From positions 20,710,001-20,774,000 of the forward strand of contig CM075989.1 in the NCBI GenBank assembly GCA_038087875.1: a DNA stretch of 64,000 nt, read 5' to 3'. The notes under the pieces are model-generated. The model was not told where the DNA came from and searched no databases. It was given only the letters and a program-made list of their open reading frames with translations. Made by a program: the position numbers and the translations under genes. Below are positions 1 to 11,476 of the stretch, one piece after another. Position 1 is the stretch's first letter; each line of letters opens with the position of its first letter. Source of the DNA: Malacoraja senta. Taxonomy: Eukaryota.

Positions 1-69
1 CAAGGTACTTTGACATTGCAGGAAAGTTGTTTATCGTCCTCAAACCCAGCTGAGTTTGTGTTAATTTAG

Positions 70-704
70 GGGTGGCACGGTGGCGCAGCGGTAGGGTTGC
101 TGCCTTACAGCGCCGGAGACCCGGGTTCGATTCTGTCAATAGACAATAGGTGCAGGAGTAGGCCATTCGGCCCTTCGAGCCAGCACCGCCATTCAATGTG
201 ATCATGGCTGATCATCCCCAATCAGTACCCCGTTCCTGCCTTCTCCCCATATCCCGACTCCGCTATTTTTAAGAGCCCTATCTAGCTCTCTCTTGAAAGC
301 ATCCAGAGAACCTGCCTCCACCGCCCTCTGAGGCAGAGAATTCCACAGACTCACCACTCTCTGTGAGAAAAAGTGTTTCCTCGTCTCCGTTCTAAATGGC
401 TTACTCCTTATTCTTAAACTGTGGCCCCTGGTTCTGGACTCCCCCAACGGTGTCCCTCCCCTGTCTGTAGCGAGTACTCTCTGTATAGAGTTTGTACACC
501 CTGTGACCTGCGTGGATTTTCCATGGGATCTCCAGTTTCCTCCCACACTCCAAAGACGCACAGGTTTGTACGGTAATTGGCTTCGGAAAAAATTATAAAC
601 TGTCCCTAGTGTATAGGATTGTGCTAATGTACGGGGATCACTGGTCGGCGCGGACTCTGTGAGCTGAAGGGCCTATTTCCACGCTGTATCTCTAAACTAA
701 ACTA
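70..704 (+). mobile_element. tRNA-derived V-SINE (HE1-like) interrupted by an antisense CR1 3' end (136-449)
   Basis: A box TGGCGCAGCGG, B box GGTTCGAT, V-domain-like core, (CTAAA)n tail. Confidence 0.85.
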
Positions 705-2299
705 ATTGCAGTGTAAGCAGCAGGTGGAGCTAGAAGCCAACCATTACAAACCCTGTGTAGACTTCTGCCAGAAAACTTTGGATTTGACCCATTGAACCCA
801 CAACATTCTGGGGCCATTTTCAAAATAGTCAAAAGCATTCATGTTTTATCGTAGGAATTTCTTATTTAAAATAAGGCAACTAATAGGGAGTTAAGTACCT
901 AGTGCACTGTAAAATTCATGAGCCGAGGCTACTTTGTAAAAATATGGACAGTAAAATCTGAAATGTTTACTTTGAGCAGTGAAAGCTAGGGAATTTAACT
1001 TTTGTGAATGATTAATTCACTGCATTTGATAGTCAACGTACAAAAATAATGAAAAAGGATATGAATTAATCAGTGACCAATGGCACATTTATTTTTAACA
1101 AGATTTTAATCACAAACATGAAAAAATACAAAAGTATGACAAAATGTACTTGTGCTACATGGAAATATTTAACCAGGGCTCAAAGATCAGATTCCTTTGC
1201 ATTTGGATCCAAACGGGTAACATCCCACGCCCAAAGCAGAGGCCATCGAGGATGCAGTGAATTACTGCAGCTAGTGTAAATCTTCTGCAAAGTACCCCAA
1301 ATAACATTGTGTGGTGCCCTGCAGAATTTGACTGGGGATGTTCCACTTGGACAGTAGCTTTGCCTTACGACAACCTGCTCTGAATAACAATCCAACAATA
1401 AGTTTTATGTTACAATTTTCCAAGACATAGAAAGTAGGTGCAGGTGGAGGCCATTTGGCCCTTCGAGCCTGCACCGCCATTCATTGTGATCATGGCTGAT
1501 CATCCACAATCAGTAACCCGTGCCTGACAACAGTAAGAGGTAGATGACTGGAGCTGCAGGCACAAAGACAAACTGAACTCACCACGTTCACCATTATCAC
1601 ATCCGTTGGACTTCAGACAGGACCTTTCAGGGGAATCAATCTTTGGCAAAGTGGGAAGAAGTACGACTGAGGCAAGTTGATTTGGATGAGTAGCTGCCGG
1701 TCATCCTAAAAGCAGAGGTGTCCAGTTGGGCTGCAGGTCAAAACTAACCAGAACCAACATGGATGGTCAGGAGCTGTGTCCTTAAAATTATATTTGGAAA
1801 TATCAATTTGCAGAGCAAAGGTTCAAGCTACTCAAACCAGGACAGGCGTTGAAGACACTGCTAACACACACATAGCCTGAGAATAAACAGACGTACATTT
1901 AGAAAGGAGGATGAGGAGGAATTTTTTTAGTCAGAGGGTGGTGAATCTGTGGAATTCATTGCCGCAGGCGGCTGTGTAGGCCATCAATAGATATTTTTAC
2001 GGCGTTAGACACAAAGTGCTGGAGTAACTCAGCGGGACAAGCAGCATCTCTGGAGTAATGTTTACTTCATGAGTAACATGAAGAGGTGACATTTCGGGCC
2101 GCGACCCTTCTTCAGCACTGATCATTCTGAAGGAAGGTCCCAACCCGAAACATGATCTATCCATGTTTCTCGGGAGATGCTGCCTGACCCGCTAAGTTAC
2201 TCCAGCACTTTGTGTCCTTTTGGGTAAACCAGCATTTGCAGTTCCTTGTTTCTACCTTCATTTTCCAACCCTGACCACTTGCAGATGATCAGCCATCGG

Positions 2300-2660
2300 T
2301 TGTGTGGGAAGGAACTGCAGATGTTGGTTTAAACACAAAATGCTGGAGTAACTCACCGGGACAGGTAGCAGCTCTGGAGAAAAGGAATGGGTAACATTTC
2401 GGGTCGAGACGCTTCTTCAGACTGAGAGTCAGGGGAGAGGGAGACAGGGACATGGAAGGGCAAGGTGTGAAAACGAGACATCAAAGGGAACAAAGCTCAA
2501 GGAAGATGCAGAATAGATCATTGTTAGCTAGGGGAAGTTGACAACGAAGCACACAAAGATAAAATTTAATCAGGAGGACAGTCAGATTGGTCGGATAACT
2601 AGGATAGGGGGAGGGATGGAGAGAGAGGGAAAGCAAGGGTTACTTGTAGTTAGAGAAGTA
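2300..2660 (-). mobile_element. Penelope-like terminal repeat, inverted relative to 2735-3208
   Basis: Reverse complement matches the UTR that follows the ORF stop at 31432-31830. Confidence 0.75.
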
Positions 2661-2734
2661 AACCTTGGTGTAAACCAGCATCTGCAGTTCCTTCCTACAC
2701 AAGGAGCACTCAGTTCGCCTTGGCCAACGTGATC

Positions 2735-3208
2735 TCCCGGATGCCAAACACTTTAACTCCCCTTCCCTTTCCCATACTGACCTTTCTGTCCTGGGCCTCC
2801 TCCACTGTCGGAGTGAGGCCACATGCAAATTGGAGGAACAGCACTTCATATTTCTCTTGGGCAACTTACAACCCAGCAGTATGAATGTTGATTTATCTAA
2901 TTTCAAGTAACCTTTGAATATCCTCCCTCCCCCCTCCCCACCCCAGTTGTCCTACTAGTTCCACTGTTCACATCTTTGGATCCCTTCGTTATCACATCTT
3001 CCCCAGCCAACAATGGATCATTGTGGACTCCACCCTCCCTTGGTCATCTGTCGCCTGCCCAGTTTTCTTCTGGACTTTTCTTACCTCCAGCTCCCTCCCA
3101 TCTACTTTCAGCCTAAAGAAGGATCCCGATCAGAAACGTCACCCATCCTTTTTCTCCAGAGTTCTCCCAGATCTGCTGAGTTACTCCAGCACTTTGTGTC
3201 TATCTTCA
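2735..3208 (+). mobile_element. Penelope-like element 3' fragment: GIY-YIG endonuclease C-terminus plus terminal repeat
   Basis: Translates KHFNSPSLSHTDLSVLGLLHCRSEATCKLEEQHFIFLLGNLQPSSMNVDLSNFK* (HF...LE..I..L....P.G/SMN pattern of PLE endonucleases), then a pyrimidine-rich UTR and a degraded hammerhead core at ~3113-3140. Confidence 0.8.
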
Positions 3209-3939
3209 GAGAAAGAATAGTAGGCCTGTGCGGCTGGGAATTGTTATGGACCCAAAACGCTGAAAAGACTCCTGTGCCGCAACAAGTAATTTGCAGAGAT
3301 TCTCTTTGATTGGAATTCCATGCAACATTTTAAACAGGAATCCTTTGATCAATTCTTGTTATTTTTTCCTCATTTTCCAATCTATTATTTTGCGGTAGTA
3401 TAGCAACATTTATAAAGAACTCTACCACCCCACCTCAAGTATTTCCTGCTTCCTATTCGATGATTCCTACTAGAACCTGTTAGATTTTCCTTCTTTCCCT
3501 CTCCCATCTCCTTACACTGTTAACTGTCGACGATAGTGAAGGAGGATGTTAAGTGGAACGTCTCCAGTTAAAGTAATTGGATAGAGATTTCAATTATTCT
3601 CACTGCCCCTTTGCAATGTGAACTGAATAACTCAGGATCTGTTGTGATAATCAATTGCAATGTTCCACCATGAACTAGTGTTCTGGTATGTATAACATTT
3701 TAAACTGATTTAACAGCTGCAACATTTTAAAAAAAAAACCCGAACATTTATACATCTGACAAAAATTCTGAGACCTAAAATATTAACTGTTCCCTATCCA
3801 CATATGCTACCCGACCTTCTGAAGGTTCCCTGTAAGTTGTGTTTATATTTCAGATGTTGTTTCTGCAGTTTAGTGATTTTCTTTCTTTTTTTAATATAGG
3901 GCTTATTATTTATTATACATAAGCATCTCACCTAATAGT

Positions 3940-4265
3940 GAAAAGGCCTCGATAGAGTGAATATGATGTTTCCACTAGTGGGAGAGTCTAGGACCAGATC
4001 AGAATAAAAGGACGTACCTTTGGAAAGGAGATGAGGAGGATTTTCTTTAGTCAGTGGGTGGTGAATCTGTGAAATTCGTTGCCACAGAAGGCTGTGGAGG
4101 CCAAGTCAATGGATATTTTTTAAGGCAGAGACTGACAGATTCTTAATTAGTATGGGTGTCAGGGGTTGTGGGGAGAAGGCAGGAGAATGGGGTTTAGAGG
4201 GACAGATAGATCAGCCATGACTTGATGGGCTGAATGGCCTCGTTCTGCTCCTTGAACCTATGAAC
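3940..4265 (+). mobile_element. CR1 (HER1-like) LINE 3' fragment
   Basis: GESRT...FFSQ-VVNL type coding remnant and GGGCTGAATGGCCT tail hairpin. Confidence 0.8.
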
Positions 4266-4892
4266 TGACCATCTGATTTTTGTAGGAGGTGAGAAGAGAG
4301 AGTAATGCCCAATAATTCCAGAGAGCTCGAGTTACCTGTAGCAAAGAAACCCTCAAAACCGTGATTGAATTGAACCAGAACTCTGAACACACTAAGAAAC
4401 AGATTTCCAGTTTGTCATTAAATATGGTGGAAAAATACAACTGTACCAAATGCAGCCAAATTAAATTGATTAAAGATATCCACTAAAATGCCAGGAAGTC
4501 TGACAATTTTCCGACAAACAGTACCTGTGAATGATATTGCCATTTCCCATGTCAAATGGAATTCTGAAGACATAATATATATTTTTGCAATGCACTGTCA
4601 CAGATTAAGTTGGTCAACACGTACTTAAAAGCATGAGCTAGTATATGGCTGCAATACCCAAAATGTGTAAGTGAAAGAAATGTCTCTGCAGAGCTGAGGG
4701 TCAGGGTTACTTTAATAATGAGTGTTCCTATCTGAATGAGGGAAAATCCCTTCCCCCCCACGTTCACTCATTCATATCATTAAAGTTAAAATCTAGCATG
4801 CCCAATGCAGATTTCCCTTTTTTTCTTGACAATTTTCATGAAACCTTTTCAGGGATGAAGCTCTACTTTCAGATCCACACTGACCCTTTCAG

Positions 4893-5172
4893 GTTTAGTT
4901 TAGAGATACAGCGCGGAAACAGGCCCTTCGGCCCACCAAGTCCGCACCGACCAGCGATCCCCGCACATTAACACTACCCTACAAAAACGAGGGACAATTA
5001 TTTACATTTTATACCAAGCCAATTAACCCACAAACCTGCACGTCTTTGGAGTGTGGGAGGAAACCCACGCACGTCAAGGGGAGAGCGTACAAACTCCGTA
5101 CAGGCAGCAACCGTGGTCAGGATGGAACCCGGGTCTCTGGCGCTGTAAGGCAGCAACTCTACCACTGTGCCG
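4893..5172 (-). mobile_element. V-SINE
   Basis: Reverse complement of the same SINE consensus. Confidence 0.85.
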
Positions 5173-5394
5173 TCCTTGCATTTCTGTTATTGACACTGGT
5201 AATTATCCTACAAAGGACATGAGGTTATGAGATCTAGCACTCAATAGGGTTGTCGCTATCTCATGGACCTTTCGGACCACTCTTAAGCCTCCATCCATTC
5301 GGACTTCTATCTTTTCACTGCTTCATTACAATTCTGAGTATAATGCTTACAATTAAATATAACACTTTGTACAAATTAAATACATTCCTGGTAG

Positions 5395-5400
5395 TTTAAT
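5395..5400 (-). promoter_or_regulatory. Candidate polyadenylation signal (ATTAAA) for LYSMD4-like; alternative AATAAA at 6376-6371
   Basis: ATTAAA on the minus strand with U-rich upstream and GU/U-rich downstream sequence; not verified by transcripts. Confidence 0.35.
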
Positions 5401-6084
5401 ACAGAAAAGTACCATCCAGGTGAAACACGGCACTGTTCCAAAATCTTCTGCAAAAGCAGAAGGTAGCAGCAAAATATAAAAAATTACAAATTGTAATTAT
5501 ACATGTGACGTGCATTACCAAATCCTGCCCCAAATACGTTAGATTTAATGCATAAACAATATTTGTTTTGTTTTTTGTAGTAAACAAATTTTTAATCAGG
5601 AAGAGAAGAAATCCAAGAAATTAAATGCAGTTGCAATGCACTGTGCAATGCAGTCTTTGTATTTCAGAAGGTAGAAAACTTATCAAAGACGTTTTTAATG
5701 TTTTGACGTTTGTTTCATCGTCAATGTGCTAAAACATCCCTCTTACTTGCAGCTTTGCCCTTTTGTTGAGGAAATACTTAAGATTAGTTTTGTTTCCACA
5801 GCTGTAGAATATTTCAATATTACTGCTGTTTGGATCTTTCTATTTACAGCCCCATCGTCCAAATATTAATTTTATCCATTGGAATGATACAATTCCAAAG
5901 CTTGTACAAAAAATGAATAAGGACAGCTAAATGTCCAGTTACAAACTACAAGTTTATCTACAGATAACTTGAACATAGGTTCAAGAACTTTAATAGTTGC
6001 ATGTTAAAAGGTGATACATGGGAACTGCAGATGCTGGTTTACAGAGTGACCCAGCTGATCAGGCAGCATCTCTGAAAAACATGA

Positions 6085-6124
6085 TGAGGTGACGTTTCAG
6101 GTCGGGACCCATCTTCAGACCCAC
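6085..6124 (-). ncRNA. Hammerhead core with 4-bp stem I, sense to LYSMD4, downstream of its stop (element ~6018-6197)
   Basis: Minus strand reads GGGU-CUGAAGA-U-GGGUC-CC-GACCU-GAAA-CG-UC-ACCU. Confidence 0.55.
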
Positions 6125-6831
6125 GCTGAAACATCTCCCATCCATGTTCACCAGCGATGTTGCCTGACCCGCTGAGTTACTCCAGCACTTTGTGTGTTTT
6201 TATAGTTACATGTTAGTCAATTAGCAAATAATTTATAAAAATTGTAATCTAGGTTGTCTTACAAAATGTGCCATGATTCAAAAGTTGAAAACAGAAAGGA
6301 CAAAATTAGAGGATTAGCATTATTTGATACTGGGAGACAATGTCTAAATTGTGATATTAACTTAATTCTATTTATTAAAATAATTTGATAATAAATCTCA
6401 ACAGTGCATGGCACAGCTGGCAGTGCCCATTGCACTTTGCCTGGTAACTCCTTGTTGAACAAGAGCTGGCTTACCAGCAGTCAATCACTTCAAAGAAATG
6501 GCAATCACTTTTTAACTCCTGATAGCATGGTCATAAACTCTAGAATTAGATCATTCCAATAAATTTTCCTTAAATTATCACCCGTGCTAAACACCCTGCA
6601 GTCGTACTACAAAAAGTTGCAAAACAATTACAGAGAATAACAGGGAAAGTCCACCTCCAAGTTAATTGGACCAACACAAGCGACGTTGCTATCACAGTGA
6701 AGGTCTAACGATGGAATAGGCATCCCTGCACTGGTACAAATACATCTCCACTGATCCAAAAGCAAATGTTCCAGCTAGGTACTGCGTCCAGTTTATCAAC
6801 TAATACAAAATTCATGTATATTTTATCCCAT

Positions 6832-7392
6832 TCATCCATTTGAAACTGCTGCGGGATTTGATTGCACAGTAGTTGAGATCGTACCATTTGACCCAGCTGC
6901 AGAATGAGTCAACATTGATGGGTCCACTGGATTTTCAGGTTCTTGAATTTTATAGTACACTATGTAAAATATTGGAATAATGACACCGATTAAAAGCATG
7001 ATTACCAAAGCATTCCACCATCGAATACCCCAGTCCGCACCGTGATGTGAATTCTTTGGAGACAGCGCCCCCAAATTAAATCCATTGGACTTCTGACAAT
7101 AAATCACTTCTTCCAAACGATCTTTAGACTGATCTGTAGATTGGATTAACTTCTCAATATCCTTGTCAATGTCTTCAAAAAATCCACTCAGTTTGTTCTT
7201 CTCTGTGCCTTGGCCCTCTGCAGCGCAGGCCTCTGGGCACGGATCGGTTCTGCTGTGTGCAGCCTGCCGCCGCTTTGCCTCTTCCTGCGCCTCTGTCAAC
7301 AACCCGTGCCTTTTCACCGGAATTTTTATCGTCCTTAAGGCAAAGAAGTCTTGATCTTTGATGAGATTGTTCACCCGCTTGAGGTCTGCAAC
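6832..7392 (-). CDS. LYSMD4: LYSMD4-like, last coding exon (186 aa + TGA): end of LysM domain and transmembrane helix
   Basis: Acceptor ttttgcttctgttAG at 7394-7393 joins in frame: ...[30 protein letters not shown]...[11 protein letters not shown]...[33 protein letters not shown]. The WWNA, MLLIG, GFF-IDxDIE and KIQ motifs favour LYSMD4 over LYSMD3 (recalled comparison, not a search). Spliced product is 278 aa. Confidence 0.88.
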   Translation of the reverse strand, partial: [186 protein letters not shown]

Positions 7393-7994
7393 CTAACAGA
7401 AGCAAAAGTTTAATTCACTGTACTGCATTTGGATACCTTAATAATGTAAGTTATTTATGGAGTCACAGAGCAGAGAAACAGGACTGATCACCTTATCAGA
7501 TATCAAAATCAAATGTAATATAGATGCATCTTTTATCAATGACTTAAATAAATTAATATCCTATTTATTCCACATTTGTACTATTCACAAAATAAAGTCT
7601 TAGAATTAAATCTTAAAGATGTGCAGTGGAATATTTTAAATCTAATGTTAAGCAGACCTCTACTTGCAGTAAGGCACTGACATGTTTTTAGTTTCTCCTG
7701 CTACATCTGGTATCATTTCATGATGGAATTCAGGGAACGGAGCCAAGAATGTTGAAGGCATTTTTGGCAATGGGCGGTGTTAGAGAAGGAGGAGCACACA
7801 ATCACAGCCAGAGAAATGAAGAGTGAGGTTGGAGGAACTTAGGAGAAAGCAAGGTCTGGAGAGGATTTAAACGGGGGAATAACTATTTTAGATTTGACGC
7901 ACTAAGAGACAGAAACACCTAGAAACAAGCAACAACAGGCTAAAGAATTATGGGAATGCCACAGGTTAGATGTTGCAGAGTTATTTAGTATAAT

Positions 7995-8392
7995 TTAGTT
8001 GAGAGATACAGCGCAGAAACAGGCCCTTTGGCCCACTGAGTCCACGCCGACTAGCGATCACCCCCATACACTAACACTATCCTACACACTAGCGACAATT
8101 TACAATTCTTACCGAAGCCAATTAACCTACAAACCTGTACATCTTTGGAGTGTGGGAGGAAACCGGAGCACCCAGAGTTTACGGTGAGAACGTACAGACT
8201 CCATAAAGACAGCACCAAGGTCAGCCTGTTGTTGCTTGTTTCTGGGTGTTTCCGAATCTTAATATAGTTATAACCATGTTTAAATCTTCTCCAGACCTGG
8301 CTTTCTCCTGACTGGAGCTTCCTCCACCCTCACTTGTCATACAGCGCTGGGTCTCTGGCGCTGTAAGGCAGCAATGTTACCGCTGCACCATC
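7995..8392 (-). mobile_element. V-SINE interrupted at ~8221-8342
   Basis: SINE tail and body, then an unrelated insert, then the SINE head. Confidence 0.8.
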
Positions 8393-8586
8393 GGGCCGCT
8401 GCTTATGTGTAGTGTTTCATGGAGGGTAGAATTGAGGAGATTAATGACGGAACATTAACGCCCAAATTGATAATTGATAACAGAGAAAGTGTTCAAACTC
8501 CACACACACTGACAGCAGTAGAGATCAGGAGATACAAGGAACGGCAGGTGCTAGTTCACAAAAAAGGACACAATGTGCCAGAGTAA

Positions 8587-9188
8587 AGGCTCTGTCTCAC
8601 GGTGTTGCGGTCATCGGCGGTGAAGCGCGGCGTCGCCGGTAGAGGGGACCGCACGGCAACGGCGAGAGCGCCGAGCCTATGCCACGGGAGCGCCGCACGG
8701 GTGCTGCACGGGGGCCGAGTGATTTAAATACGGCTGGTCCCACGAGCTTGCGGTAAGTAAAAACAAAGGGCGGGCCGACTGCGATGATGTCATTTTGGAT
8801 CTGCGGGGCTGTGGCGGCGGTCGTGCTGATCGCGGCGCTGTGGCGGCGGCCGTGCCGCACACGTGCCTCACTGGCGGAGGCTGTGGCGGCGGTCGTGCCT
8901 CACTGGCGGAGGCTGTGGCGGTGCAAGTTCGACGCACGGCGCTCGTGCCTCACTGGCGGCGGCTGTGGCGGCGGCCATGCCGCACTCGTGCCTCACTGGC
9001 GGAGGCTGTGCGGTAGGAAACGTTTTTTGAACAGTGTTGGTTTTATTTTAGCACCGTGCGGTGTTTGGAACAACGCCGCACGGCCCCGGAATTGTGCGTT
9101 TGACCGAGTGCGCGGTCTATGGCGGCCCAGGAGCGGTAGATTCTTCCTGTTTCGCCGCCAATGACTGCAACCTCGTGAGACAGGCCTA
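8587..9188. mobile_element. PIF/Harbinger-type non-autonomous DNA transposon (GC-rich, internal tandem repeats)
   Basis: Imperfect TIRs AGGCTCTGTCTCACGG...CGTGAGACAGGCCTA; TAA TSD (8584-8586, 9189-9191); internal repeats CGTGCCTCACTGGCGGAGGCTGTGGCGG. Confidence 0.75.
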
Positions 9189-10181
9189 TAACTCAGCTGG
9201 TCAGGAAGCATCGCTGGAGAACCTTGCTCGGTGACGTTTTGGGTCGGGACCCTTCAGTAGAGGCCAGGTTTGAACCTGGGCCGCCTCTGCTAGGAAACAA
9301 CAGCTCTAAATGTTCTGTGGGGTGTTGCATTTTGTTAACACTTGACACAGATGGCACAGTGCACGGATGGTCCTCTAGCCAGAGTGTATTCTGTTGTTTA
9401 GCACGAAGGGTCAATCAATCATCAGCTCAGGAACTGGAATAGGTGACAACTAGCAGGTTGGTTCATCGATGCTTAGCCTGATGCCAGTGTTCATTGGGCC
9501 CTGATGTCCACACAATGGACTTCCAACGCCATTCTCCCCGATTGTAAACCAGAGCACTGATCCAGGTGGCAGGGCATAGAGTGCCGAGGGACAATAACAG
9601 GCGTCTGGAACACTGCTGGAACGCATGAGCGTGCGAGTATGAATAGGTGAGTGAGACTTGTCTGGCTCATTTACGAGTCAGGCCTCTCCATTCTGACGTC
9701 CTTGAGATGCCAGCGTTAATTGGGCGAGATGAGTATTTGTTGATTATTATGTGATCTTTCATTAGTTTAGTCTGCATTTCTATTGATTTCATACATTTTA
9801 AACGAGCTCCCAGGCCAATTCAGAGGGCAATTAAGAGTCATCTTCATCAGCAGATCAGGTTTGATAAAGACCAGGCTGGGCATGAGCCGGAGATATTCTT
9901 TCTGAAGCATATTAGTCGAACCTATATTTAACATGCTAGCATTTGCAAATATCTGAGGCGCAAAGTAAGTTGTAAACACTAATAGCTCCTACAGAGGCTT
10001 ATATTGTATGCAAAAGCTGCAACTCTGCAAGTCTACAACAAAATTACCTTCTCAGTAAACTAGTGTTTGACTGTAATTACTACCTCAGTGTTAGACACAA
10101 TATGCTGGAGTAACTCAGCAGGTCAGGCAACATCTCTGGAGAAAAGGAATAGGTGATGTTTCAGGTTGAAACATCACCAGT

Positions 10182-10209
10182 CTGAAGAAGGGTCTTGACC
10201 CGAAACGTC
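10182..10209 (+). ncRNA. Minimal hammerhead ribozyme core in a PLE-derived repeat (element ~10093-10310)
   Basis: CUGAAGA-A-GGGUC-UU-GACCC-GAAA-CG-UC; stem I is only ~2 bp, so activity is uncertain. Confidence 0.6.
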
Positions 10210-10443
10210 ACCTATTCCTTTCTCTCGAGAGATGCTGCCTGTCCCGCTGAGTTACTCCAGCATTTTGTGTCTACCTTCGATTTAAACCAGCATCTGCAGT
10301 TCTTTCCTATAGATTTTCCTTGAAATAGTCTCACAGTGTGTTACTAGTCCATAAGATCATTAGAAATCTGAACCATTTTCCTGGATCAGGGTTTACTAAT
10401 CACCCACTAAAGCACCTTGTTAATTCCTCCTTCCTTGAAGAAG

Positions 10444-10628
10444 TCTTTAAGAAGGAACTGCAGATGCTGGAAAATCGAAGGTAGACAAAAGTGCTGGAGA
10501 AACTCAGCGGGTGCAGCAGCATCTATGGAGCGAAGGAAATAGGCAACGTTTCGGGCCGAAACGTTGCCTATTTCCTTCGCTCCATAGATGCTGTTGCACC
10601 CGCTGAGTTTCTCCAGCACTTTTGTCTA
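10444..10628 (-). mobile_element. Short fold-back hairpin element derived from a PLE terminal repeat
   Basis: Near-perfect palindrome 10482-10628 centred on 10555; 12-bp TSD TCCTTGAAGAAG (10432-10443 and 10629-10640). Confidence 0.85.
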
Positions 10629-10853
10629 TCCTTGAAGAAGGCAGCCAGTTACATCCAGGAGGAGATTTAAAAGGGACAGAAGGCCAAAATAATTTTGCAT
10701 ACAAATGAGTGGTGGCACAATTAGCTGGAAACGACACTCAGCTATAATTTCCAGCCAGGGTAAAAAGATAAAATGTCATTTGACACAAAGGATGAAACTT
10801 TGCAAACTCAAGCCAACGAAAAAGAACCATAATAACTGTTTTTTAAAACTTAC

Positions 10854-11129
10854 CGTACAGCCATACTGCAAAGCAAACGTATTGAGGTTGTCACCATCAC
10901 CAACCTCTCGAACAAGAAACACTGTACTGTTGAGCTTCTCCACATTAATACTGGACCACTGACACTCACGACCTCTCAGCCGCAGTTCAATACTATTCTT
11001 GTCTTCGTCTGATGATTCATCGGATGATGCTACATCACCTCCAAATACATAAAGCTGACCATCTTGCGAAGTGTGGACATCTACAGGAGCTTGGAAGGAT
11101 CTTGTCGGCCCATCTCTCAGCCTCATCAT
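10854..11129 (-). CDS. LYSMD4: LysM and putative peptidoglycan-binding domain-containing protein 4-like, first coding exon (92 codons)
   Basis: Translation MMRLRDGPTRSFQAP...ELRLRGRE...FLVREVGDGDNLNTFALQYGCT resembles the LYSMD3/4 N-terminus and the start of the LysM domain. Acceptor ttctctgttccAG at 11142-11141 (exon begins 11140, 11 nt of 5'UTR). Phase-0 donor ACG|GTAAGT at 10853. Confidence 0.9.
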
Positions 11130-11158
11130 ACTACTGACACCTGGAACAGAGAATTACA

Positions 11159-11476
11159 TTTAGTTTAGTTTAGTTTAGAGATATAGTGTGGAAACAGGCC
11201 CTTTGGCCCACCGAGTCCGCACCGACCAGCGATCCCCACACACTGACACAAGCCTACACACACTAGGGACAATTTACACTTATACCAAGTATACAAACCC
11301 AAGACAATTAACCTACAAACCCGTATGTCTTTAGCGAGAGGGAGGAAACCGAAGATCTCGGTGAAAACCCACGTGGTCACAGGGAGAATGTACAAACTCC
11401 GTACAGACAGCACCCGTAGTCAGGATTGAACCCGGGTCACTGGTGCTGTAAGGCAGCAACTCTACCGCTGCGCCAC
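11159..11476 (-). mobile_element. V-SINE immediately upstream of the exon 2 acceptor
   Basis: Near full-length consensus; its (CTAAA)n tail ends about 18 nt before the acceptor AG. Confidence 0.85.

Noticed and set aside
70..132. tRNA-like A/B box sequences here and at 40181, 48820, 51205, 62654
   Set aside because: SINE heads that continue into the SINE core and tail; no complete cloverleaf.
1583..1706. Exon-like segment on the minus strand (ttttAG...GTGAGT) and AATAAA at 1093-1088
   Set aside because: Stops in all three frames and no transcript evidence; could be non-coding but is unsupported.
6403..6436. Small stem-loop GTGCATGGCAC...GTGCCCATTGCAC downstream of the LYSMD4 stop
   Set aside because: Imperfect and short, with no recognisable SECIS/IRE motif; plausible by chance.
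8597..9211. GC-rich ORFs and apparent CpG island
   Set aside because: They lie inside a TIR/TSD-bounded transposon with tandem repeats; no transposase motif recognised.
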